Of a stretch of DNA of 32,000 bases, positions 7,947 to 18,590 are shown one piece after another. Both the position numbers and the translations under genes were made by a program. The stretch lies in assembly GCA_963704705.1 (NCBI GenBank), contig OY969931.1, forward strand, positions 930,001-962,000, written 5' to 3'. The notes below the pieces were generated by a model, which saw only the letters and a list, made by a program, of their open reading frames with translations, had not been told where the DNA came from and searched no databases. The number at the start of each line of letters is the position of its first letter. Position 1 is the first letter of the stretch. This DNA is from an uncultured bacterium (GTDB lineage: Bacteria > Patescibacteriota > Gracilibacteria > UBA1369 > PNNO01).

Positions 7947-8951
7947 ATGAAAAAACTTGTATCACTTTTAATTGTAGGTGCTCTTATTGTTGGGGGAATT
8001 TACACTTATAAAACTATTTTTGATCCAATTGATCCAACGAGCAGCGAATCATTTTCTGTTAGCATTGATAAAGGAATGCCAGCTAAACAAATTGCTGACT
8101 TATTAAAAAATAAAGGTTTAATAAGTAATAAAACAACTTTTTATTATTATGTTCGATTAACTGGTGCGGATAAAAGCATCATTGCCGGCCGTTATGATTT
8201 AAATAAGAGTATGAATGTGCCTGATATATTGGAGCAAATTACACAAATCGGTTCATCAGAGGCAACTTTAACTGTTCAGGAGGGGCTTACAGTAAGCGAT
8301 ATTGATAACAAACTTGTTTCGCTTGATGTTATAAATGACGGAGATTTTGAAAAGGCAGTAAAAAACTTTGATAATTATGAAAATTATTGGTTTTTAGATC
8401 GAGAAACACTAAAAAATCTGGAATATCCCCTTGAAGGATATTTGTACCCTGATACTTATTTTATTGATACAGTTGATTTTAATTCAGCGGATCTAATTCA
8501 GATTATGCTTGATAATTTCGAAAATAAATTTGCAACTGTTCGTAACGAATTCGATAATCAGGATCGCAGTGTTCAGGATATTATAACAATGGCTTCAATT
8601 TTACAGCGCGAAGTACGCACACCTGATGATTACGCGACTGTGTCAGGTATATTATGGAAGCGTTTAGATTCAAACTGGCACATAGGAGCGGACGCAACAG
8701 TCCTATATGCAACAAAAAAGAAAACAATCGATCCAGGGGATTTAGATTTTGATTCCCCATATAATACCCGTTTACATGTTGGAATGCCTCCTGGCCCTAT
8801 TTGCAACCCTGACATTGAACATATCAAGGCGTCTATCAATCCAAAAGATTCAGAATATTGGTATTATTTAACAACGCTCGATACAGGCGAAGTAATTTAC
8901 GCCAGAAATAATGACGAGCAGAATGCAAATAAAGCAAAACATCTTTATTAA
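7947..8951 (+). CDS. mltG: Endolytic murein transglycosylase MltG (YceG-like)
   Basis: 334 aa with an N-terminal TM helix. YceG-family motifs are present: AGRYDL, EGYLYPDTY, ASILQREV and YNTRLHVGMPPGPICNP. Its TAA stop shares the tetranucleotide TTAA (8948-8951) with the stop of the convergent gene. Confidence 0.9.
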   Translation: MKKLVSLLIVGALIVGGIYTYKTIFDPIDPTSSESFSVSIDKGMPAKQIADLLKNKGLISNKTTFYYYVRLTGADKSIIAGRYDLNKSMNVPDILEQITQIGSSEATLTVQEGLTVSDIDNKLVSLDVINDGDFEKAVKNFDNYENYWFLDRETLKNLEYPLEGYLYPDTYFIDTVDFNSADLIQIMLDNFENKFATVRNEFDNQDRSVQDIITMASILQREVRTPDDYATVSGILWKRLDSNWHIGADATVLYATKKKTIDPGDLDFDSPYNTRLHVGMPPGPICNPDIEHIKASINPKDSEYWYYLTTLDTGEVIYARNNDEQNANKAKHLY

Positions 8952-10492
8952 GTTGCAGCTGGTTCTTCGGTAGCGGGTTCGTCAACAACTGGTTCTTCTT
9001 CCGTGGTTTTATTATATATAATTGTGAACTGAGTTGATTTTGTTGATCCATCAGGTGCTACTGCTTCAACTTCATATGTATTTTCACCCGGATCTAAATT
9101 ACCAAGAGATTCTTTTGCGAAATAACTCCATGTTGTATCCCCTGCTTCAAAAGCCTGAAGAGTATATCCGTCTACAATAACTTTTTCAGCGCCTGCAACA
9201 GATCCGACAATTCTAACTTCGCTAGTATCAACTTCATTTGATGAACCTCCGTTATAAGTATCAACAGTCGGTGCAACCAAAGCACCGAGATCCAAATTTG
9301 TTGTATCTGCTTCTTCGTCCGTCTCAGTAGTATCATCTGGATTATTTGCTTCATCTGCATTTACGCTGTCCTCTCCACCAAAATCAACTGTTAATTTTGT
9401 CTTTTTACTATTTAATTCATTTGAATCAACTGCATAGAATTCGTAAGTATTAATTCCAGGATTTAAAGTGTCAGCATCAACTCCAACAGCAAAACTCCAT
9501 TCTGTTCCTCCGGGAACATATAAATTCAATTCATAAGTCTCTTCGGTTCCGCCGCTTACAACATCTACCATCATTTTTTGTGTATCAAATGAAGTTGTTC
9601 CTCTTATAGTCAAAGAATCTTCCGATGTTTCAAAATTCAATGTTGAAGGAGTTGTAATTTCAGGTGCAGGAAGATCACTCTCCGCAGTTGTAGTATCAGA
9701 TGTTTCGTTATCAAAAAAGGTATCATCTAAAGTATTTGATTTAGTTGAAAAGTCAGTTGGACTATTATCTTCGGCCATATTCCATTTATAAAAACCACTA
9801 TCCCGGAAATTATCATCTATTGCTTCAATTACAGAAGGACTTTTTCTATCTGTATAATCTTTAATGTCATCATCAGTAATTATAGCCTGCTGTCCAACAC
9901 CAATTTGAAGTGACTCTACCTGATTAAGCTCACCGTTTTCTTCAATCATTACATCAGCAACAATAGAACCTTTAACAACCCGTACTGCTTCAGAGGTGTC
10001 TTTTTGCTCAACTTCATAAATAGTTGAAATTGTTTTTACAACAGTATGATCAGTACGAACATTAAATTTAACAGGCGTTTCAGAATTTTCATCATTATTA
10101 ATCCAAATTGATCCTTGTCTTAAAACAAGATTAATTTCGTATGCATTACCGCTTTTTTTAATATCGTGAATATTCAATTCAGTGTTTTCATCAACTCTAA
10201 CATAATGATCATTAAATAACTCTACAACAAGTCTTGAACCTGCCTGAGTTTTAACGGAATCTCCCTGCAAAAGGCGCATACCATTATAGCCTCTTTCCCA
10301 TTCTCCTGCTCCCCAAGGAAGAATCTTCGTGCTTCCTTTGGCAACATACATATAAATATCTTTATCAGTATCAGTCTGGTTCATTGAAGAAAACAACTGA
10401 TATCCGAGTACAACAATTATTCCGGCACAAATCATAATCAAAAATGGAAGTATATAATCAACAGGTCTTTTACGTGGTCCTCTATGCATCAT
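8948..10492 (-). CDS. Hypothetical secreted or anchored protein: N-terminal TM helix, FecR-like domain, then two internally repeated Ig-like C-terminal domains
   Basis: 514 aa. The TM segment is ILPFLIMICAGIIVVLGY. The beta-rich middle region is FecR-like by eye. Two C-terminal repeats share L(N/D)PG(I/E)NTYE(F/V).AV(D/A). Confidence 0.6.
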   Translation of the reverse strand: MMHRGPRKRPVDYILPFLIMICAGIIVVLGYQLFSSMNQTDTDKDIYMYVAKGSTKILPWGAGEWERGYNGMRLLQGDSVKTQAGSRLVVELFNDHYVRVDENTELNIHDIKKSGNAYEINLVLRQGSIWINNDENSETPVKFNVRTDHTVVKTISTIYEVEQKDTSEAVRVVKGSIVADVMIEENGELNQVESLQIGVGQQAIITDDDIKDYTDRKSPSVIEAIDDNFRDSGFYKWNMAEDNSPTDFSTKSNTLDDTFFDNETSDTTTAESDLPAPEITTPSTLNFETSEDSLTIRGTTSFDTQKMMVDVVSGGTEETYELNLYVPGGTEWSFAVGVDADTLNPGINTYEFYAVDSNELNSKKTKLTVDFGGEDSVNADEANNPDDTTETDEEADTTNLDLGALVAPTVDTYNGGSSNEVDTSEVRIVGSVAGAEKVIVDGYTLQAFEAGDTTWSYFAKESLGNLDPGENTYEVEAVAPDGSTKSTQFTIIYNKTTEEEPVVDEPATEEPAAT

Positions 10493-10587
10493 ATTTTATA
10501 AGTTAAATTTAAGACACGGATAGTATAAAAACCGCATCAATAAAAGTAAAGATTAATAATGAATTTATGATCAAATTTTTTATGCAA

Positions 10588-12009
10588 TTAAAGTCCAATA
10601 TCTTGTTTTATGGCTTGTATATCACGTAGAAGTCTGTGGTCTGTTTTTAGTCGTTTAGAAATTATGTTGTAAGCATGTAAAACTGTTGAATGATTCCGTC
10701 CTCCAAAAATTTCTCCAATTTTTTCATACGAATGATCAAGCTCTCTTTTAATCAGATACATGCAGATTTGTCGAGGAAGCATAATTTCTTTATTTCGTGC
10801 CTGTCCAATTATTTCATCTTTAGAAATATCAAAGTAAGTTGCAACTTTTGCAATTACTTCCTGAGTTGTAGTGGCTTTAGAAGCTAAATTCGCAGATATT
10901 TGTGTATGACGTGTAAGAATTTTGTGCTGTTTATCTAAAATTTCTGAAACAAGCTCAATTGACGGCTCAGTGTTATTTAAAGTTGAATGTGAAATAACTT
11001 GCATTAGTACTCCAATCAAATCTCTTACATTGCCTTCCATATGAAATGCAATGCATTCCAATACTTCAATATCAATAATAGACTGCAAATCCAAACATCT
11101 TTGTTTAAGTATAGCTAACCGTGTCTCGTAATCCGGAGAAAGTATTTCAACTACTGTTCCCATGCCGAATCTTCCTTTAAGTCTGTCTTTAAATCCGTTT
11201 AAATCTTTTGGAGGGCTGTCAGAAGATAAAATTAACTGTTTATTGTTATCGTATAAATCATTAAAAGTATGAAAGAATTCCATCTGACTCATATCTTTAT
11301 TTTCCAAAAACTGAATATCATCGAGAATAAAACAATCCACAGTTCTATATTTGTCTTTAAACTGTTTTGTTCTTCTTTTGCTGATAGCATCAATTATTTC
11401 ATTGGTAAATTGTTCCGCAGTCATATAAATAACTCTTGCATCAGGATTATCTTTTAAAATCTCTCTGCCGGTTGCCTGAAGAAGATGAGTTTTACCAAGC
11501 CCAACTCCTGAGAATACATATAAAGGGTTATAAATACCTCCGGGCATATTAGAAACAGCAAGGCAAGCTGCATGCGCAAGCCTGTTATCTTTTCCAACAA
11601 TAAAATTATCCAAAGTATGCTGAATACTTAGTCGTCTGCTTTTTAAACCGCTTTTACCAACATAAACTTCATTTTTATTTCTTACTTTTCTAACTGTTTT
11701 TTCATCTTTCTCTTCAAGAATGGATTTAATATTTACTTTAATTACTGAATCATCGTTAACAAGAGATGAATCTACTTTATAGTCAACTTTTGTAATATTA
11801 GGATTCTCCTCGTTTGCAGCCTGTTTAATTTTTAAATTGTATTTGTCATGAATCCACTGTTTTGCAAACGGAGTAGGTACTCCAACCACTATTGTGTCTT
11901 CAGTACAATCTAAAACTCCTGTATCAGCAAACCATGTTTTAAACTGAGGTAATTTAATGGTCGGCTTTAACCTGACCAAAATATTTCTCCATAGGTCTTT
12001 ATTAGACAT
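10588..12009 (-). CDS. dnaA: Chromosomal replication initiator protein DnaA
   Basis: 473 aa. It has the AAA+ Walker A GVGLGKTHLLQA and Walker B CFILDDIQF, the sensor region, and the C-terminal DNA-binding helix-turn-helix ending GGRNHSTVLHAY. An SD-like GGAGAG lies 6 nt upstream of the ATG. Confidence 0.95.
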   Translation of the reverse strand: MSNKDLWRNILVRLKPTIKLPQFKTWFADTGVLDCTEDTIVVGVPTPFAKQWIHDKYNLKIKQAANEENPNITKVDYKVDSSLVNDDSVIKVNIKSILEEKDEKTVRKVRNKNEVYVGKSGLKSRRLSIQHTLDNFIVGKDNRLAHAACLAVSNMPGGIYNPLYVFSGVGLGKTHLLQATGREILKDNPDARVIYMTAEQFTNEIIDAISKRRTKQFKDKYRTVDCFILDDIQFLENKDMSQMEFFHTFNDLYDNNKQLILSSDSPPKDLNGFKDRLKGRFGMGTVVEILSPDYETRLAILKQRCLDLQSIIDIEVLECIAFHMEGNVRDLIGVLMQVISHSTLNNTEPSIELVSEILDKQHKILTRHTQISANLASKATTTQEVIAKVATYFDISKDEIIGQARNKEIMLPRQICMYLIKRELDHSYEKIGEIFGGRNHSTVLHAYNIISKRLKTDHRLLRDIQAIKQDIGL

Positions 12010-12259
12010 TTTTGACTCTCCTTAAAATTTAGGCACCCCAAAACTTCATTGGGACCTCATATTAGCATTGAGAAACATTAATACAAGCTAAACTAGATCA
12101 ACTTTTTTGATCCAACATGTTGGATTGATCATCAACTGTTCAATACCACATATAGTTGGACATTCAATTCCATAAAACAATATATATGAAAAAGCAATAT
12201 AGTTTATGCATCAATATCATTTTGCATGCAACTTATTTTATTAAATTTTAATGAAAATT
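12010..12259. promoter_or_regulatory. dnaA upstream region: dnaA promoter and possible oriC-like segment (weak)
   Basis: 250-nt non-coding, AT-rich spacer. It contains the perfect palindrome TCCAACATGTTGGA (about 12111-12124), a third GTTGGA copy about 30 nt further on, three GATC sites within about 40 nt, and ATGCAT / GCATGC palindromes. There is no perfect TTATCCACA box. Confidence 0.3.
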
Positions 12260-13888
12260 TTATGAAAAAATATTCAGTATATCACTCCAAGTTACAAGTA
12301 AAACCAACCCGATTAAAATAAAGAAACCAAGAGCATGAATTAATGTTTCCCACTTTGCAGGAACTCTTTTGCCTCTTATTCCTTCAATCAATAAAAACAA
12401 TAACCTGCCTCCATCAAGTGCAGGAAAAGGAATTATATTTATTACACCCAAACTTAAAGATAATAATGCTGTGAATCTCAATAAAGCCAATAGGCCCTGC
12501 TGCACAAACAAATGTGTCATTGTTGCAATACCAACCGGTCCTGCGACTCCTTCCGGAACAACAAACTTACTTGTAAGTGATTTTACTAAATCTCCAACCA
12601 TTCCAACTGTTAAAACTGCAAGTCTGCCTGTTTCATGAAACGACTGAAAAAAAGCTTTATAAACAGGCAACTTGATATCATTTACCTTTTTAATTGAAGT
12701 TGGAACCTGTTTACCAAACAAACTCAATTGATTGTTTTTATATGAAGCCATGGTGCTTATTCCAAAACCAACCCTTCCGTCTTCACCCGGAACAGCTTTA
12801 AGTTCAAGATTCTCATCACCTCTTTTAATACTGTAAGTTATTTCTTTACCGATATTTGCACTTGAAATATCAACAGCCTGCTGTGGTGTTAAAATTTTCT
12901 CACCATTAATAGATAAAATTATATCTTCACTTTTAAGGCCTGCTTCAAGTGCGGGACTGTCAGGTAATATGCTGCTAACCACAATTTTTGCATCCTGTTT
13001 GAATTCTATTGTTTTATTTACAGTTTGATTATCTCTTAAAATTTCAAAATCAATTTTATTTTCATTGTTAACAATTGTCTGATAATCATTTATTGAATAA
13101 ATCTGATTATTATTCATTTTAATAATTACATCACCCTGCATTAAACCAGCAGCTGAAACTTCACTTCCCGGCTTTATTTCACCAATAACAAGACGCGGGA
13201 TATTGATTGTTGCATATAATTCAACGCCATAACTTTTTAAATCGCGAGATGAATCTATTCTGATTTCTTTAGTCTCACCATTCCTATTAATTTCAAGAAA
13301 AATATTTTCTTCAGTTGGCTTTTCTTGAAGAATTTTCAATTGAGAAAACGGATCAAAAATATCTTCACCGTTAATACTAACTAAAATATCATCGGCCCTT
13401 AAACCCGCTTCATATGCCACACTGCCCTCTTCAACAGATTTAACAATAGGTCCGTTCGCTATTTCGATTGTACCGTCATCAATTGCGCCAAATACATCAT
13501 CAGCATTTACTAAAAGCGGTTCAATTCCAATTGAAAAACCAATAGTTAATAAAAGAATTGCTAAAATAAAATTCATAAGCACACCCGCAACTGCAACAAG
13601 CATTCTTTTACGAAGTGGCTTACTTGCAAAGCTTTTTGAGTCCTTTAATACCTTAGGATCATTTGAATCTTCTCCGTACAGCCTCACAAATCCACCAAAG
13701 GGAATCCAGTTAACTGACCAAATAACCCCATTTTTCTTTTTACCCCAAATACGCGGAGGCAAACCTATGCCAAATTCTTCTACTTTTATTCCGGATCTTC
13801 GCGCTGCCCAAAAATGACCATATTCATGAATAAGTATAACAATAGAAAAAATTATGATGAACGCGATTGCCGATAAAATAAAATCCAT
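12260..13888 (-). CDS. rseP: RseP-family site-2 (M50) zinc metalloprotease with three PDZ-like domains
   Basis: 542 aa. It has the HEYGHF (HExxH) motif at the N-terminus and the NIIPFPALDGGRL motif near the C-terminus. The three PDZ-like segments are VEEGSVAYEAGLRADDILVSINGE, IKPGSEVSAAGLMQGDVIIKMNN and ILPDSPALEAGLKSEDIILSINGE. Confidence 0.9.
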   Translation of the reverse strand: MDFILSAIAFIIIFSIVILIHEYGHFWAARRSGIKVEEFGIGLPPRIWGKKKNGVIWSVNWIPFGGFVRLYGEDSNDPKVLKDSKSFASKPLRKRMLVAVAGVLMNFILAILLLTIGFSIGIEPLLVNADDVFGAIDDGTIEIANGPIVKSVEEGSVAYEAGLRADDILVSINGEDIFDPFSQLKILQEKPTEENIFLEINRNGETKEIRIDSSRDLKSYGVELYATINIPRLVIGEIKPGSEVSAAGLMQGDVIIKMNNNQIYSINDYQTIVNNENKIDFEILRDNQTVNKTIEFKQDAKIVVSSILPDSPALEAGLKSEDIILSINGEKILTPQQAVDISSANIGKEITYSIKRGDENLELKAVPGEDGRVGFGISTMASYKNNQLSLFGKQVPTSIKKVNDIKLPVYKAFFQSFHETGRLAVLTVGMVGDLVKSLTSKFVVPEGVAGPVGIATMTHLFVQQGLLALLRFTALLSLSLGVINIIPFPALDGGRLLFLLIEGIRGKRVPAKWETLIHALGFFILIGLVLLVTWSDILNIFS

Positions 13889-13900
13889 GAATATAGGTGA

Positions 13901-14461
13901 TTAAACTGTCATAATGTCCTGTTCTTTTTGTTTAGCTAATTCTTCAATCTGCTTATTCGCTTTATCAACTTCATCCTGTAATAGCTTATTTGCAATATGC
14001 ATGTCATCTTCACTGATTGTTTTATCTGTTTCTAATTTTTTAAATGCTTCATGAGCTACCTGACGAGCGTTTCTAACTGAAATCCTGCAATCTTCAGCTA
14101 ATTTATGAACATGTTTTGTTAATTCAGCTCTTCTTTCTTCAGTTAAAGGCGGTATATTAATCCTGATAAAATTGCCGTCATTCACAGGATTTAAATTAAG
14201 ACCAGCATTTTGAATTCCAACATCAATCTGATTAAGCACACCCTTATCCCATGGCTGAATCTGAATTGTTCTCGGATCAGGAATAGAAATATTCGCTAAT
14301 GCTTTTAAAGGCTGAGTTGTTCCGTAAGCTTCAACTTTTACATCCTCAATTAATGCGCTTGATGCACGCCCTAATTGAAGTTTAGAGAAATCATTTTTTA
14401 AATGTTCGATAGATTTTGTGAATTCTTCTTTAGCAGCGTTTAAATATGGTGTAGTTGGCAT
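13901..14461 (-). CDS. frr: Ribosome recycling factor
   Basis: 186 aa with typical Frr sequence: LQLGRASSALIEDVKVEAYG, IQPWD and PPLTEERRAELTK. Confidence 0.95.
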   Translation of the reverse strand: MPTTPYLNAAKEEFTKSIEHLKNDFSKLQLGRASSALIEDVKVEAYGTTQPLKALANISIPDPRTIQIQPWDKGVLNQIDVGIQNAGLNLNPVNDGNFIRINIPPLTEERRAELTKHVHKLAEDCRISVRNARQVAHEAFKKLETDKTISEDDMHIANKLLQDEVDKANKQIEELAKQKEQDIMTV

Positions 14462-14472
14462 AAATATTAAGT

Positions 14473-15186
14473 TTAAGAAATAATTGTACCTAGCTTTTCT
14501 CCCATTACAGCTCTTTTTATATTACCTTTTTTATTAAGATTAAATAATAGGATTGGCATTCCGCCGTCTTTACATAAAGCAACCGATGCAAGATCCATAA
14601 ATTGAAGATCCATAGACATCACTTTACTATATGAAATTGCATCAAACTTTTTCGCTTTTTTATCTTTCATTGGATCTGAAGTATAAACTCCATCAACTTT
14701 TGTTGCTTTTAATAAAACATCACAATTGAGCTCAAGCGCACGCAGAGCAGCCGCAGAATCAGTTGTAAAGTAAGGATTTCCGGTTCCGCCTACACAAATA
14801 ACAATTCTATTTTTATCCAAATGGTGCCTTGCTTTTGGAGGGACATAATTTTCAGCTACCTGCTCAGCTCTTAATGCAGAACAAACCCTGCATTCAATAC
14901 CAATTTTCTCAAATGCGCTTTTTAATGCGCTTCCATTCATAACAGTAGCCATCATGCCCATGTTATCACTCATTATTCTTTCAATTCCTGTGTCTTTAAA
15001 ATCTCTATATCTCCAAATATTTCCTCCTCCAACTACTATTCCTATTTGAACACCCAATTTTTTTACTTCTGCTATTTCTTTAACAAGATCATTAACACGT
15101 TTTGCATCTATGCCAGAACCACGACTCCCCTGCAGTACTTCTCCAGACATCTTTAAGAGGATTCGTTTGTACTTTACTTTGGCCAT
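14473..15186 (-). CDS. pyrH: UMP kinase
   Basis: 237 aa. Motifs are YKRILLKMSGE, VVGGGNIWR, GTGNPYFTTDSAAALRA and VDGVYTSDP. Confidence 0.95.
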   Translation of the reverse strand: MAKVKYKRILLKMSGEVLQGSRGSGIDAKRVNDLVKEIAEVKKLGVQIGIVVGGGNIWRYRDFKDTGIERIMSDNMGMMATVMNGSALKSAFEKIGIECRVCSALRAEQVAENYVPPKARHHLDKNRIVICVGGTGNPYFTTDSAAALRALELNCDVLLKATKVDGVYTSDPMKDKKAKKFDAISYSKVMSMDLQFMDLASVALCKDGGMPILLFNLNKKGNIKRAVMGEKLGTIIS

Positions 15187-15190
15187 TTAT

Positions 15191-15592
15191 TTAAAAAGTT
15201 AACAAAATATACGTAATTACAATACCAAGTACTACTCCGATAATAAAAATAGCAGGAATTCTTCGTTCTTCTTCCTGTTCATGTGCATTAGCCAAATCCG
15301 CAAGCAGATTGCTGCTAACAATGACGTCCTCATTTTTATTCTTTTCGATTACCTCTTCGTAATTATGATTCGCTACCAAATTTACAAAATTATCAAAACT
15401 AACCTTAACTTTCTCTACCGCTATTGGCTCGCTGTAAACCGGTCTTGCACTTTCAATCACATCCATTTCTTCTTCATCATCCTCAATATGTTGCACTTTA
15501 AATTCAGTATCTTCTTCTTTTAAAGATATTGATTTGTTACCTGTTAATTTAGAAGGGCCATCGATTGATTTTTCTTTTTTTGATCTTGGCAT
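15191..15592 (-). CDS. Hypothetical acidic protein with a C-terminal TM anchor
   Basis: 133-aa ORF ending 4 nt before pyrH. The C-terminal segment is IPAIFIIGVVLGIVITYILL. No family recognised. Confidence 0.55.
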   Translation of the reverse strand: MPRSKKEKSIDGPSKLTGNKSISLKEEDTEFKVQHIEDDEEEMDVIESARPVYSEPIAVEKVKVSFDNFVNLVANHNYEEVIEKNKNEDVIVSSNLLADLANAHEQEEERRIPAIFIIGVVLGIVITYILLTF

Positions 15593-15648
15593 ATTTAGTA
15601 TGCGTTAATTTCCAAACAATTATAACATCTACTGCATAAACTGTTCAA

Positions 15649-15681
15649 CAAAAAAAGAGCCTTCCTTATTCAGAAGACTCT
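15649..15681 (-). terminator. Rho-independent terminator downstream of groEL
   Basis: The minus strand reads AGAGTCTTC-TGAATAAG-GAAGGCTCT followed by TTTTTTT. The stem is 9 bp including one G-U pair. Confidence 0.7.
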
Positions 15682-15732
15682 TTTAGAATTTATACTTGAG
15701 AATTTATTGTGAGCGAACGAACAAATTCGATT

Positions 15733-17373
<1,641 letters not shown>

Positions 17374-17390
17374 TTAAGGTTAGTAAATTA

Positions 17391-17681
17391 TTATTTAAGG
17401 ATTGCAAGTACATCAGATTCATTTAAAACAAGTAGCTCTTTCCCGTCTACTTTGATTTCTGAAGGTGCGTATTTGGTAAAAAGAACAATATCACCCTCTT
17501 TAACTTCCATTTGCATTCTTTTTCCATCGTCTCCCATTCTTCCAAGACCCACTGCGATCACTTTACCTTTTTGAGGTTTTTCTTTGCTAGCTGTATCAGG
17601 AATAATAATTCCTGAAGCAGTTGTCTCTTCTTCTACTGCTTCAACAACTAACCTGTCTGCTGTTGGTTGAATACTCGCCAT
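17391..17681 (-). CDS. groS: Co-chaperonin GroES (Cpn10)
   Basis: 96 aa. It has the mobile loop TASGIIIPDTA and a typical GroES beta-barrel sequence. It lies 23 nt upstream of groEL. Confidence 0.95.
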   Translation of the reverse strand: MASIQPTADRLVVEAVEEETTASGIIIPDTASKEKPQKGKVIAVGLGRMGDDGKRMQMEVKEGDIVLFTKYAPSEIKVDGKELLVLNESDVLAILK

Positions 17682-17706
17682 TTTTAAAAGGTTAATTATA
17701 ATAAAT

Positions 17707-17733
17707 TTAGCACTCGATATTATAAAGTGCTAA
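17707..17733 (-). promoter_or_regulatory. CIRCE operator (HrcA-binding inverted repeat) upstream of groES
   Basis: TTAGCACTC-N9-AAGTGCTAA against the consensus TTAGCACTC-N9-GAGTGCTAA, with one mismatch. It lies 26 nt upstream of the groES ATG. Confidence 0.85.
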
Positions 17734-17746
17734 ACATAAAAATCAA
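17719..17746 (-). promoter_or_regulatory. Candidate groESL promoter overlapping CIRCE
   Basis: The minus strand reads TTGATT (plus 17741-17746), a 16-nt spacer, then TATAAT (plus 17719-17724). The -10 hexamer lies inside the 9-nt CIRCE spacer. Confidence 0.5.
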
Positions 17747-17753
17747 GAGCAAA

Positions 17754-18524
17754 TTATATTAATCGTTCAATCGCTTTTTGAGCCCTTATACTCAAACCAT
17801 CTTTTTTCTGAGCTTGAAGAAGTATATTTTCAATAGTCCAATTCCAAACCTTAATATAAGCAACTCTTTGCTCTCCGTCTTTAGGAACTGTGTATCTCGC
17901 AAGTAAAGTATATAAATTAACATCCAATCCCAATTGCTCACCTAATGCTCCAATGCCTCTTAATTCCGAACCTCTCACAACAGCAATAACAACTTCTTTT
18001 AAAACTCTGGGAGATATATCTGATTTTATTTTTCTTACAAATGGATAAACATCAAATTCTTCCTGATTTAATGCTTTAAATTGAACATCTTCAACAGGAG
18101 GCTTAGCGGCATTCTCTATTTTTGCTCTTAAATCAACAATACACCTCATCACTCCTCCCAATAAAAATGGTGATTCATTCATTCTATCTTCAATTGAAAA
18201 ACTTTGTGACATACCTTTAACTTTTTGTTTAAATTCATCAGTCAATTGAGTAATCTCCATTAAGTATTTAGGATCAATAACTTTAAAATCAGGCATTTCA
18301 AAATTTAATGCTTTATTTACACCTCTGGTTAATGGTTTTTTTAATAAGGCTTCTATCCTGTTAAAATCTTTTCTAATTTGATCTATTACTAAACCAAAAA
18401 TTTCTTCCTTTGATTCTGTTTCTGCATCCTGAATTAATCTTAATGCCTGTTCTCTGTATCTTTCGCATAATTCAAATATGCCATTATTGACCCATTCAAA
18501 ACTTTCATGTCTTTTTTCACCCAT
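17754..18524 (-). CDS. Hypothetical cytoplasmic protein, no recognisable family
   Basis: 256-aa ORF with no TM segments or signal peptide and no motif I can assign. Confidence 0.65.
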   Translation of the reverse strand: MGEKRHESFEWVNNGIFELCERYREQALRLIQDAETESKEEIFGLVIDQIRKDFNRIEALLKKPLTRGVNKALNFEMPDFKVIDPKYLMEITQLTDEFKQKVKGMSQSFSIEDRMNESPFLLGGVMRCIVDLRAKIENAAKPPVEDVQFKALNQEEFDVYPFVRKIKSDISPRVLKEVVIAVVRGSELRGIGALGEQLGLDVNLYTLLARYTVPKDGEQRVAYIKVWNWTIENILLQAQKKDGLSIRAQKAIERLI

Positions 18525-18530
18525 AATTAT

Positions 18531-18567
18531 TTATTTAAAAATAGGGAGGCATTGTAGCCTCCCTATT
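18531..18567 (-). terminator. Rho-independent terminator downstream of the SH3b/SLH gene
   Basis: An 11-bp perfect stem AATAGGGAGGC (18540-18550) / GCCTCCCTATT (18557-18567) with a 6-nt loop. On the minus strand it is followed by a T-run (CCCTATTTTTAAAT). Confidence 0.6.
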
Positions 18568-18580
18568 CTAATAAAGTCAA
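18551..18580 (-). promoter_or_regulatory. Candidate promoter for the 256-aa gene, embedded in the terminator hairpin
   Basis: The minus strand reads TTGACT (plus 18575-18580), an 18-nt spacer, then TACAAT (plus 18551-18556, which is the hairpin loop). Confidence 0.3.
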
Positions 18581-18590
18581 GTCCTAAAGC

